49,511 nt of DNA from contig JBGQBE010000005.1 of assembly GCA_041494685.1 (NCBI GenBank), positions 62,001 to 111,511 of the forward strand, read 5' to 3'. The DNA is from Dehalococcoidia bacterium (lineage in GTDB: Bacteria; Chloroflexota; Dehalococcoidia; DSTF01; JACRBR01). Under the pieces are notes generated by a model. The model ran no database searches. It had not been told where the DNA came from and saw nothing but the letters and a program-made list of their open reading frames with translations. The translations under genes were made by a program, and so were the position numbers. Shown here in pieces: positions 1-7,525 of the stretch (its first letter is position 1; each line of letters begins with the position of its first letter).

Positions 1-520
1 TCTGGCGCTCGCGTCGGCGGCGATAGCCCTCGACGTCGACGGTGAAGGAGATGTGCTGGCCGAGCTGGCGGCTGGCCATGAGGTTGAGCAGGTACTGGAG
101 CGAGGCGAGCGTCTCGCCGCGGCGGCCGATGAGCAGCCCCAGGTCGTCGCCCTCGATGTCGAGCACAGCCTTCGCCATGCCGAGGCCGTCGCCGGGCGTC
201 TCGGCGTCGCGGATCGAGACGTCGGCGGCGACGCCCATGAGTTCGAGCAGGTGGTCCAGCATCTGCGCGGCGAACTCCGCCTCGTCCTCGATGAACTCGG
301 TCTCCTCGATCTGCGTGGTGCCGGCATCCTCGCCATCGCGGTCATCGTCGCTAAGCAGGCGGACGCGCACGCGCGCCTCCGTGCCGCCGACGCCGAGCAC
401 GCCGCTGCGGCCCTCGCTCAGCACCTCGACTTCGACGGCATCGCGCGCGACGCCGAGCTCCGCCAGCGCGTTCTCGACGGCTTCTTCAACAGACTTGCCG
501 CTTGCTTCCACGCCTGCCAT
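1..520 (-). CDS. jag: RNA-binding protein Jag/EloR (KhpB), 5' part; runs off the window edge
   Basis: Read manually from ATG at 520: MAGVEASGKSVEEAVENALAELGVARDAVEVEVLSEGRSGVLGVGG, the Jag N-terminal domain. Lies directly downstream of yidC. Confidence 0.9.
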   Translation of the reverse strand, partial: MAGVEASGKSVEEAVENALAELGVARDAVEVEVLSEGRSGVLGVGGTEARVRVRLLSDDDRDGEDAGTTQIEETEFIEDEAEFAAQMLDHLLELMGVAADVSIRDAETPGDGLGMAKAVLDIEGDDLGLLIGRRGETLASLQYLLNLMASRQLGQHISFTVDVEGYRRRRERQ

Positions 521-586
521 GGCTGCACCCCTTGCGCTTCGCAACGGCGCCCGCCGGGGCGCCAACGCCTGATCTCGAAGATTACC

Positions 587-1498
587 CTAGCGCCGCTTCT
601 TGCCGCCGCGCTTCGGGCGGCCGCCGCCGTCGCCGGTCTGCTCCGTACTCTCGCCCGCTGGGCGGTCCAGACGCGCGGGGCGGGCTTCTGCGCGGGCCTT
701 GCCCGACTGCACCGCGGTCGCCGGCGGGGCGGGGCTCAGCGACAGCATGTACTTCCAGTCGAACGTGCGGCCCATGAACAGGTACTGCAGGACCACACCG
801 CTGATGTTGGACACGGCCCAGTAGAGCGCCAGGCCGGCGGGCACGTTGAGACTGATGAAGCCGAACATCAACGGCATCATCCACGACATCATCTGGGTGG
901 TCTGCTGCTGCTGCTGCGCTTGCGGCGTGATCGCCGCCACTGTCGGGCGCGGCGTCATCATCTTCTGCTGCACGTACATGCTCGCCATGACGACGAACAC
1001 CAGCATGTACGACGAATCGGGCTGGCCCAGGTTCCAGAACAGCAACTGGTTGCTGAGCGGGACGGCGCTGTGCACGAAGGGGATCGGATACAGGCGCTGC
1101 GACAGCGTGATCAGACCCTCCGGCGCGTCGCCGAGCGTCAGGCGGATCGACTGGTAGAGGGCGATCCAGATGGGCATCTGGGCGACCATCGGGAAGATGC
1201 AGCCGAGCGGGTTGACGCCGGCTTCCTTGTAGAGCGCCATCTGCTCCGTCTGGAGCTTCTTGGGGTCCTTGCCCTTGTACTTCTTCTGGATCTCCTGCAT
1301 GCGGGGCTGGATCGCCTGCATGGCGCGGCTCTGGCGATACTGGCTCATCGTCAGCGGCCAGGTGATCACCTTCATGAGGAGCGTGAAGGCGATGATCGCG
1401 AGGCCGTAGTTGCCGCCCAGGATGCGGGCGAGCATGACGAGCAGGTTCGTCGTGGGGTCCACGAAGACGAGGTGGAAGATGAAGCTGACGTAGTCCAT
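587..1498 (-). CDS. yidC: Membrane protein insertase YidC/Oxa1 (short, Gram-positive type)
   Basis: Motifs YGLAIIAFTLLMK, MQAIQPRMQEIQKKY, LYKEAGVNPLGC..QMPIWIALY and PAGLALYWAVSN; operon context. Confidence 0.95.
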   Translation of the reverse strand: MDYVSFIFHLVFVDPTTNLLVMLARILGGNYGLAIIAFTLLMKVITWPLTMSQYRQSRAMQAIQPRMQEIQKKYKGKDPKKLQTEQMALYKEAGVNPLGCIFPMVAQMPIWIALYQSIRLTLGDAPEGLITLSQRLYPIPFVHSAVPLSNQLLFWNLGQPDSSYMLVFVVMASMYVQQKMMTPRPTVAAITPQAQQQQQTTQMMSWMMPLMFGFISLNVPAGLALYWAVSNISGVVLQYLFMGRTFDWKYMLSLSPAPPATAVQSGKARAEARPARLDRPAGESTEQTGDGGGRPKRGGKKRR

Positions 1499-1510
1499 CA
1501 GACGATCCTG

Positions 1511-2935
1511 CTATTGGGGAAGCGGCGTGCTGCCGGGTGTGCCCAGCTTGCCCGTCGCGTCGATTTCATAGAGCGTCGCGGTCGACGGGACGACGTACAC
1601 TGACTCCCCCGTCGCCGTCTTCACCAGGTCCGCCAGCACCTCGACGCCGGGCAGCACCAGGGTGCCGCCATCATCGGACGTGCCGGACGCCAGGTCCAGT
1701 TTGAATATATGGCCGTTGCGGCCCGCTACGAGCAACCCGCCGCCCGCGATCACGGGACCGGAGCGGATGGCCGAGCCGACCGTGAACGGGTGCGCCCATT
1801 TCGACGTCCCCGTCCTGGCGTCAACAGCGTACACCTTGCCGTCCAGGTTCGCAGCGTACAGCACGCTGTCCTGAAAGACCGGCGTCGCCCAGAACCAGTT
1901 ACCGCCCTTCAGCGACCACTTCTCCGTGCCGTCCGCGGTGCTGACCGCGTAGAGCTTGTTGTCGAAGGCGCCGATGTAGACGAAGTCGCCGGCGACCACC
2001 GGCCGCGCGCCGATGCCGGAGCTGACGCCGCGGAAGACCCACTTCTGCTTGCCGGACTTGTCGAGCGCGTAGAGCGAGCCATCCAACGACGAGACGTAGA
2101 TCGTGTCGCCATCGATCGTGGGCGTATCCCAGACCTGGCCCTTGGCATCGAATTGCCAGTTCCGCTCGCCGGTCGTCGCATCGACCGCGAAGACGTGCTT
2201 GCCCTTGGTGCCGAAGTAGAGCGTGTTGCCATCGACCGCGATGCCGCCGACGACTTGGTCGCCGGAGTCGCGCACCCAGCGCGTGTGACCGGTGCTGACA
2301 TCGAGGGCGAAGATGATGCCGCGGAACGGTACGACAAAGACCGTCTTGCCGTCGCTGGAGAGGCCGAAATCGCCGTAGAAGGCCTGCAGCTTGTCCAGCG
2401 CCCCCTTCTCGAAGCTCGTGGCTGCGTCGGTGGCGGTCTTCAGGTCGTCCTGCTGCTTCTTGAAGGCGGCGGCGTCCCCGCCCGGCGCCTGCACCAGCGC
2501 GTCGACCGCGTCCTTGAGCCCCGTGATCGTGGCGCCGTTCACCGTGAGGTCGGCGACCTTCTGCTTCAGCTTCGTCTTGTCGGCGTCGGCGACCGGCAAC
2601 GCGTCGACGAGTGTGTTGAGGCGGTCGCGGGTCTGCTCGCTGACTGGGTAAACGTCCTTGGTCTTGGGCGGGAACTGCCACAACTCGTTGCTGGAGCCTT
2701 CGGGCAGCGCGTAGAGGTTGGCCTTGTGGGCGACGAGCACGACGTTCTTTCCGGCGACCGTCAGCGGGCGGGCGCTGGCCCAGCCCGAGGGCGATGCCGG
2801 CTTGCTGCAGGCGGCCGCGAAGAGAGCGAACAGCGCGAGCGCCGCGACGGCAGCCAGCGCGAACCTGCGCCGCGATGTTTCACGTGAAACAGGCGCTGAC
2901 GGGCCGGGCTGAGAGGTCGGGGCGGGTGAGATCAT
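1511..2935 (-). CDS. PQQ-like (BamB-type) beta-propeller lipoprotein
   Basis: Signal peptide and lipobox RRRFALAAVAALALFALFAAA-C; repeated blades (YALDxxG..W, GxxDxKLYAV). Start is ATG 2935 or GTG 2956 (overlapping the yidD stop). The ORF-track start at 3265 runs through yidD and is not credible. Confidence 0.85.
   Translation of the reverse strand: MISPAPTSQPGPSAPVSRETSRRRFALAAVAALALFALFAAACSKPASPSGWASARPLTVAGKNVVLVAHKANLYALPEGSSNELWQFPPKTKDVYPVSEQTRDRLNTLVDALPVADADKTKLKQKVADLTVNGATITGLKDAVDALVQAPGGDAAAFKKQQDDLKTATDAATSFEKGALDKLQAFYGDFGLSSDGKTVFVVPFRGIIFALDVSTGHTRWVRDSGDQVVGGIAVDGNTLYFGTKGKHVFAVDATTGERNWQFDAKGQVWDTPTIDGDTIYVSSLDGSLYALDKSGKQKWVFRGVSSGIGARPVVAGDFVYIGAFDNKLYAVSTADGTEKWSLKGGNWFWATPVFQDSVLYAANLDGKVYAVDARTGTSKWAHPFTVGSAIRSGPVIAGGGLLVAGRNGHIFKLDLASGTSDDGGTLVLPGVEVLADLVKTATGESVYVVPSTATLYEIDATGKLGTPGSTPLPQ
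2876..2891. promoter_or_regulatory. parS site (ParB binding), copy 1
   Basis: Perfect 16-bp palindrome TGTTTCACGTGAAACA, the canonical parS consensus. Confidence 0.92.
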
Positions 2936-2951
2936 TGTTTCACGTGAAACA
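2936..2951. promoter_or_regulatory. parS site (ParB binding), copy 2
   Basis: Second perfect TGTTTCACGTGAAACA, 60 bp from copy 1. Confidence 0.92.
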
Positions 2952-2952
2952 T

Positions 2953-3219
2953 TCACGCCCGCGAGTGTCCGTGGCCGGACTGCTCGCCGTCGCGGATGTC
3001 GTTGCGGCGTTCCGGGACCGGGTCCAGGCCGCCGTCGTTGAGCGGATTGCAGCGCAGGATGCGCCAGACGGCCATCGCGCCGCCGCGCAGCGCGCCGTAC
3101 GTCTCGATCGCCTCGTAGGCGTACTCGGAGCAGGTCGGCAGGAATCTGCAGGCCGGCGGTCTGCCCGGCGACAGTCGGCGCTGGTAGAAGCGGATGGCCG
3201 CGAGGGCGGGCCTCTTCAC
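2953..3219 (-). CDS. yidD: Membrane protein insertion efficiency factor YidD
   Basis: [40 protein letters not shown] signature. Confidence 0.95.
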   Translation of the reverse strand: MKRPALAAIRFYQRRLSPGRPPACRFLPTCSEYAYEAIETYGALRGGAMAVWRILRCNPLNDGGLDPVPERRNDIRDGEQSGHGHSRA

Positions 3220-3581
3220 GAGTTCTCCTGGCCGCGCGGCGCGGGCGGCGTCTCCGCCAGCGCACCGGCGCGCTTCATCAATGATATCAGCGCCGTCCGC
3301 AGCGCCTGGAATTCGGCCGTCGCGGCGGGCTTCCGCGCGCCGACCACGATATCCAGCCCCGGGCGGACCGCGGCGCCGCGCGCAATCTCGCGCAGGCGGC
3401 GCTTGGTGCGATTGCGGACGACCGCCCCGCCGACGATCTTCCCGGCGACGAACCCGAAGCGGGTAACGCCGCTATCGTTTGCCAGTACCCGGATCACGAG
3501 GAGCTGGTTGCTCTGGACGCGGCCCTTGCGATACGCCGTCGCGAAGTCCTGGCGCCGCCGCAGCCGCTGTTCTCTACGCAT
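3216..3581 (-). CDS. rnpA: Ribonuclease P protein component
   Basis: [33 protein letters not shown] (RNR motif); GAGG upstream of ATG 3581. Confidence 0.95.
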   Translation of the reverse strand: MRREQRLRRRQDFATAYRKGRVQSNQLLVIRVLANDSGVTRFGFVAGKIVGGAVVRNRTKRRLREIARGAAVRPGLDIVVGARKPAATAEFQALRTALISLMKRAGALAETPPAPRGQENS

Positions 3582-3614
3582 GCGCGGCACCTCGCGGCGC
3601 GGCCGCGGGCGTGG

Positions 3615-3755
3615 CTAGACGACGACCAGCCGCTTCCGGCCCCTGAGCCGGCGCGCGCGCAGCACGTTGCGCCCGGCGGCCGTGGCCATCCGGTGCAGGA
3701 AGCCGTGCCGCCGCTTCCGCGGGATCTTCTTGGGCTGATAGGTGCGCTTCGGCAC
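3615..3755 (-). CDS. rpmH: 50S ribosomal protein L34
   Basis: GTG start at 3755 after AAAGGAGG; (M)[40 protein letters not shown]. Confidence 0.97.
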   Translation of the reverse strand: MPKRTYQPKKIPRKRRHGFLHRMATAAGRNVLRARRLRGRKRLVVV

Positions 3756-3896
3756 GCCCCCTCCTTTACACGATAAGGCCCCTCTGAAGGGGCGAGCCCC
3801 AGTATATGTGCCAGCCCCCCGGCGAAACAAGGATCCGAATAAGCGCTCCGCCCCGCGCCGCGCCAGGGCGAGCGCTCGCACCCGAGACGAGAGCGA

Positions 3897-4133
3897 ATGA
3901 ACCCGCTGGAGACGGCCCACTACAGCGAGCGGTTCAGTCCGTTCGCGTATCGGTCAGACGAGTGGAAGCAGGTCTACAACAAGCGCGTGGCGGTTAAGCG
4001 CGTGTTCAGCAGGCTCAAGACCTACCGCAAGCGAACAGCATCAGGACGCGGCGGATGCCGAAGCAGCCTTCTTGCGATGATCGTGGCTGCTCTTGGAGTC
4101 GAGAGCCCCAGCGATATGCGGCGATGTGTCTAA
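3897..4133 (+). pseudogene. Decayed C-terminal fragment of a DDE transposase (IS4/IS5-superfamily-like)
   Basis: YNKRVAVKRVFSRLK fits the Y-2-R-3-E-6-K signature with the catalytic E replaced by K. NSIRTRRMPK is readable in a shifted frame just after it. No N-terminal part is present. Confidence 0.6.
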
Positions 4134-4134
4134 C

Positions 4135-4461
4135 CTAGGCCCGACGATTCTCCCGGAGATAGATCATAACGACTTTTTCGAGATCCTCATTCACGACGTA
4201 TACCGGGGCGTACTCCGGGAAGAAATCGCCCGTGAAGACGAACACAACTTCCCCGGAGATGCTCGTGTCCTGAGCGATCTCGTAGACCCAAGTTCGCATC
4301 GGAAATCCGAGTATGGGAATGAGGCGATCGACGTAGAGACCGAACCGCGGATATGGATTGATGACTATCTCAGCGAGACAGGCCTTCCAAGACTTGAGTA
4401 CGTGATCGGAGAAATTCGCAACCTCGGCGGCGACCTTAGCCGAATCGACCGTGTATGCCAC
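4135..4461 (-). CDS. Atypical RelE/ParE-like small protein, putative toxin (module A)
   Basis: 108 aa. N-terminal YTV strand, two helices, then NPY. C-terminal EYAPVYVVNEDLEKVVMIYLR resembles the last RelE strands. Overlaps the upstream gene by 26 nt. Confidence 0.55.
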   Translation of the reverse strand: MAYTVDSAKVAAEVANFSDHVLKSWKACLAEIVINPYPRFGLYVDRLIPILGFPMRTWVYEIAQDTSISGEVVFVFTGDFFPEYAPVYVVNEDLEKVVMIYLRENRRA

Positions 4462-4687
4462 CTCTGCTTGCGTCCCTCCTGCGTAGCTCGGGATGCGCAG
4501 CGAGAACTTCCTGCAAGGCGCGCTCGACGTTCGGGTCCTTTGCGGCCCTTTGCTGAAGTTCTCGTCTCTCAGCCGTGCTCATTTGACGGCGGGGCGTGAG
4601 GTTCTTCCTCGCGTCTGTCAGGAATCGCATGACACCCTCAATGAGCCCTCTGCGCATCTTGTCCTGAGTGGAAAGTGACGGAGACAC
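4436..4687 (-). CDS. Small helical protein, putative antitoxin (module A)
   Basis: 83 aa, or 73 aa from ATG 4657. Shares LTPR and RRxxxxxAxxDPxxxxALxE with the 11078-11434 product. Confidence 0.5.
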   Translation of the reverse strand: MSPSLSTQDKMRRGLIEGVMRFLTDARKNLTPRRQMSTAERRELQQRAAKDPNVERALQEVLAAHPELRRRDASRGGIHGRFG

Positions 4688-4877
4688 AGATCATACCTTC
4701 GCGATGGCGGACTGTCGAGGCACCACCATGATCAGCGCATACCGACGAAATGTCGATCCTCTGCCGATAGAAAGATCAGATCGCTCTCACACGATCCATA
4801 GGCGAGATCGATCAACAGCTTCGGGGAGTTTCGCACCATCCTCTTGTAGCCTCTAGCGAAACTCCCGACCCGGCGAA

Positions 4878-5123
4878 TTAGCCTGCCCCAGAGATCCCGC
4901 AGGGGCGAATCTGACCATCGTCGAGAATGAGGTAGAAGATGGTATAGCCGTTGTTGAGTTTGGCGATGTAAATGCCATCGACCATCGGGAACATGTAGGG
5001 GTTCAGGGAAATCACTTCGCGAAAGAGCGGCTCGAATTCAGTACGCCAAGCGTCCAGTCCGATAGTGGCGTCAACCCGGGCGATGAAGTCCTGCCGAAGA
5101 TCGAGCCTAACTATGTGCCTCAT
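4878..5123 (-). CDS. RelE/ParE-like putative toxin paired with Panacea antitoxin
   Basis: 81 aa with ISLNPYMFP..IYIAK..YTIFYLI; ATG lies 2 nt after the Panacea gene stop. Confidence 0.55.
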   Translation of the reverse strand: MRHIVRLDLRQDFIARVDATIGLDAWRTEFEPLFREVISLNPYMFPMVDGIYIAKLNNGYTIFYLILDDGQIRPCGISGAG

Positions 5124-5125
5124 CG

Positions 5126-5668
5126 CTACTGCTCCATCGCAAGCATCCTTGCGTATTCAACCTCCTCTTGTGTCGGAGGTTCGGGAGAGAGCCACGCCGC
5201 CCGATACGGTATGTCCTCGTTCTCCGCAGTGAGTTTCCAGCCCCACTCCCGGTGCGAAAGCTCGGTCGCTTCGCTGGCATCCTTCTCCCACAAATATTCG
5301 ATCGCTGCGGCGAGAATTGCAACCTCATCCCCGGAGAATAGCGTCAGCTGCGCTTTGCGTTTCGAGACTGGACGCTTCTGTTTGCGGTTGAAGTACGTCC
5401 TGTTCTCCATGACCAGTGCGTGGTCATCCTCCAACTCCGCACGACACGAGAGCATCTCTTTCGGTGCGGGACCCTCCGAGAGATGCCTGTAGGTAGCGCC
5501 AGTGATCGACCAACCGAGTTGCGTGTAGGCACGGAAGTCTGCATAGAACAGAATCTTGTTCAATTTCACGGAGCCGAACCTCGGGTCTGACTCGCTCTTC
5601 TCGCAGATGTAGACGATGGCTTCTTTGAATTTGCGCGCGTCGAAGTCAGGGGTCGCACATAGACTCAT
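5126..5668 (-). CDS. Panacea-domain (DUF4065/SocA-like) antitoxin
   Basis: KLNKILFYADF..G.SITGATY..GPAP and A.ELSELSH-like (ATELSHRE.GW)..IPY motifs typical of DUF4065. Confidence 0.85.
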   Translation of the reverse strand: MSLCATPDFDARKFKEAIVYICEKSESDPRFGSVKLNKILFYADFRAYTQLGWSITGATYRHLSEGPAPKEMLSCRAELEDDHALVMENRTYFNRKQKRPVSKRKAQLTLFSGDEVAILAAAIEYLWEKDASEATELSHREWGWKLTAENEDIPYRAAWLSPEPPTQEEVEYARMLAMEQ

Positions 5669-6045
5669 GGCCTCTTGCTCCTGGGGCTACGGAACTAACC
5701 GACGCGGCGGGGAAGCTCTTGACAAATGCAACAGCCAGACCTACCCTGACCGCAACCCGAGGGCTGCCACCCGCCGGGGATCAGAGAAGGCCTAGAGGCC
5801 GCCAGCTGTGAACAAGCGGGCGGTTCTTTGTTTTCCGAGAGTATGCCACATCTGTGCGCAGCACGGTCGGATCGTTATGCAACGCAACGTCGGATCTTCC
5901 CACGATCGGCAGCGTTCACTACGGCGTTTGCGTTCATCGTGAGCAGGCTCAGCGCCACGTGCAGCCATACCTTTGGCATAGCTCAAGGGCAAACGGCGGA
6001 GCCATTAGAGATCGTTCTGGCCTTCGGAGTTTCGCTAGAGGCTAC

Positions 6046-6080
6046 TTGACACCCCCCAACCGCTATCGTATATTTCCGAT
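6046..6080 (+). promoter_or_regulatory. sigma70 promoter and operator of arsR
   Basis: TTGACA (6046-6051), 17 bp, TATATT (6069-6074), with the GTG start 6 nt further on. Overlapping inverted repeat ATCG-N8-CGAT (6065-6080). Confidence 0.75.
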
Positions 6081-6383
6081 GTGAAAACGATCGAGGCCAC
6101 CGAGTCCGAGATGCGCACCGTCGCTATGCTGCGGGCGATCGCCCACCCCGCCCGCTTCCGCATCGTCAAGCTGCTGGCGGCGCGCCAGGCCTGCGTCTGC
6201 GGCGACATCGTCGACGAGCTGCCGCTGGCGCAGTCGACGGTCTCCGAGCACCTGAAGGTGCTGAAGGACGCCGGCATCGTCCGCGGCACGATCGACGGTC
6301 CGAACACGTGCTACTGCCTGGAGCCGGAGGCGATCGAATGGTTGAAGCGTGAGTTTGGCGCGATCGGCGCCGCGTGCTGCTGA
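6081..6383 (+). CDS. arsR: ArsR/SmtB family transcriptional repressor
   Basis: AIAHPARFRIV..CVCGDIV..LAQSTVSEHLKVLKDAGIV winged HTH with Cys box; C-terminal CC. Confidence 0.92.
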   Translation: MKTIEATESEMRTVAMLRAIAHPARFRIVKLLAARQACVCGDIVDELPLAQSTVSEHLKVLKDAGIVRGTIDGPNTCYCLEPEAIEWLKREFGAIGAACC

Positions 6384-6407
6384 GGCGGCTTTTTTCTTGC
6401 GACAGGC

Positions 6408-6423
6408 ATCGGCTATTTCCGAT
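6408..6423. promoter_or_regulatory. Second ArsR-type operator copy upstream of arsM
   Basis: ATCGGCTATTTCCGAT, 14/16 identical to ATCGTATATTTCCGAT at 6065-6080. Confidence 0.65.
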
Positions 6424-6444
6424 GGTAGTAGGGAGGACAGCGAC

Positions 6445-7179
6445 ATGACCCGGACAGCGGACGAAATCAAGGAAGCGGTGAAGGAGCACTACGGCGAGCG
6501 CGCCAAGAAGGCGTCGGAGTGTTGCGGCACCGACAGCCACCGCGAGCAGCTCTACCTCGTCGATGACGTGGCGGAGCTGCCGGAGACGGTGACCTCGTAC
6601 GGCTGCGGCAACCCGACGGCGATCGCGGGCCTGCGGCCGGGCGAGGTGGTGCTGGACCTGGGCTCAGGGCCGGGGCTGGACTGCTTCCTCGCGGCGAAGC
6701 AGGTGGGCGAGACGGGCAGCGTCATCGGCCTGGACATGACGCAGGACATGCTGGACCTCGCGAACGCCAACCGCGACAAGCTGGGCGCGAAGAACGTCGA
6801 GTTCCGCAAGGGCGAGATGGAGTCGATGCCGGTCGCCGACGCGACGGTGAACGTGATCATCTCAAACTGCGTGATCAACCTGTCGCCCGACAAGGACGCG
6901 GTGTTCCGCGAGGCCTTCCGCGTGCTGGCGCCGGGCGGCCGCTTCCACGTCAGCGACGTGGTGCTGTCGCGCGACCTCACCGGCGAGGAGAAGGACGACC
7001 TGGCGTCGTGGGCCGGCTGCCGCGCCGGCGCGCTGCTGGAATCCGACTACCTGGCGCGGCTCGGCGCGGCCGGCTTCATCGGTGCGCGTGTGGACAGCCG
7101 CGCGAAGGTCGGCGACAACCCGTGGTACAGCGCGACGATCTCGGCATTCAAGGACGCCCCGCGTACGTCGTGCTGCTAG
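6445..7179 (+). CDS. arsM: Arsenite S-adenosylmethionine methyltransferase
   Basis: SYGCGNP, VLDLGSGPGLDC, ISNCVINLSPDK and WAGC motifs; GGGAGG RBS; downstream of arsR. Confidence 0.9.
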   Translation: MTRTADEIKEAVKEHYGERAKKASECCGTDSHREQLYLVDDVAELPETVTSYGCGNPTAIAGLRPGEVVLDLGSGPGLDCFLAAKQVGETGSVIGLDMTQDMLDLANANRDKLGAKNVEFRKGEMESMPVADATVNVIISNCVINLSPDKDAVFREAFRVLAPGGRFHVSDVVLSRDLTGEEKDDLASWAGCRAGALLESDYLARLGAAGFIGARVDSRAKVGDNPWYSATISAFKDAPRTSCC

Positions 7180-7189
7180 CATGGCGGTG

Positions 7190-7441
7190 ATGACGATCCG
7201 CGTGCGTCTCTTCGCCGGACTCCAGGGCCTCGTCGGCAGCCGCGATCTTGAGGTCGCGCTGCCGGCGGGCGCCACCGTGGGCGCGCTGCGCGAGCATCTC
7301 GTGCAGGCGTATCCCGTGCTGGACGCGTTCATGAACACGCTGGTCTGCGCCGTCGATGAAGAAGTGCAGCCGGCGGAGCGCGTGCTGCGCGACGGCGAAC
7401 TGGTGGACGTGATCCCGCCGATCAGCGGCGGCGCGCGGTAA
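7190..7441 (+). CDS. moaD: MoaD/ThiS family sulfur carrier protein
   Basis: IRVRLFA..ATVGAL..LRDGELVDVIPPISGG followed by AR. Start is ATG 7190 (alternative 7181). Confidence 0.85.
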   Translation: MTIRVRLFAGLQGLVGSRDLEVALPAGATVGALREHLVQAYPVLDAFMNTLVCAVDEEVQPAERVLRDGELVDVIPPISGGAR

Positions 7442-7464
7442 GCACGCGGCCGGCCAGAACGTAA

Positions 7465-7500
7465 CAGCAAGGGACGGGTCTTCGGACCCGCCCCTTGCTG
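7465..7500. terminator. Hairpin between convergent moaD and purA
   Basis: CAGCAAGGG-A-CGGGTC-TTCG-GACCCG-C-CCCTTGCTG. Confidence 0.7.
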
Positions 7501-7525
7501 TCTCTATCGCAACTGATGCCAGAAC

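Noticed and set aside
42..1603. Plus-strand ORFs of 176 and 516 aa
   Set aside because: Antisense to jag and yidC, which have clear family motifs.
4093..4599. 168-aa plus-strand ORF in the low-GC patch
   Set aside because: Antisense to module A, whose minus-strand products have counterparts at 10834-11434. It has no recognisable motif.
6381..6428. Possible selenocysteine read-through at the arsR TGA after Cys-Cys
   Set aside because: No convincing SECIS hairpin, and an in-frame TAG follows shortly.
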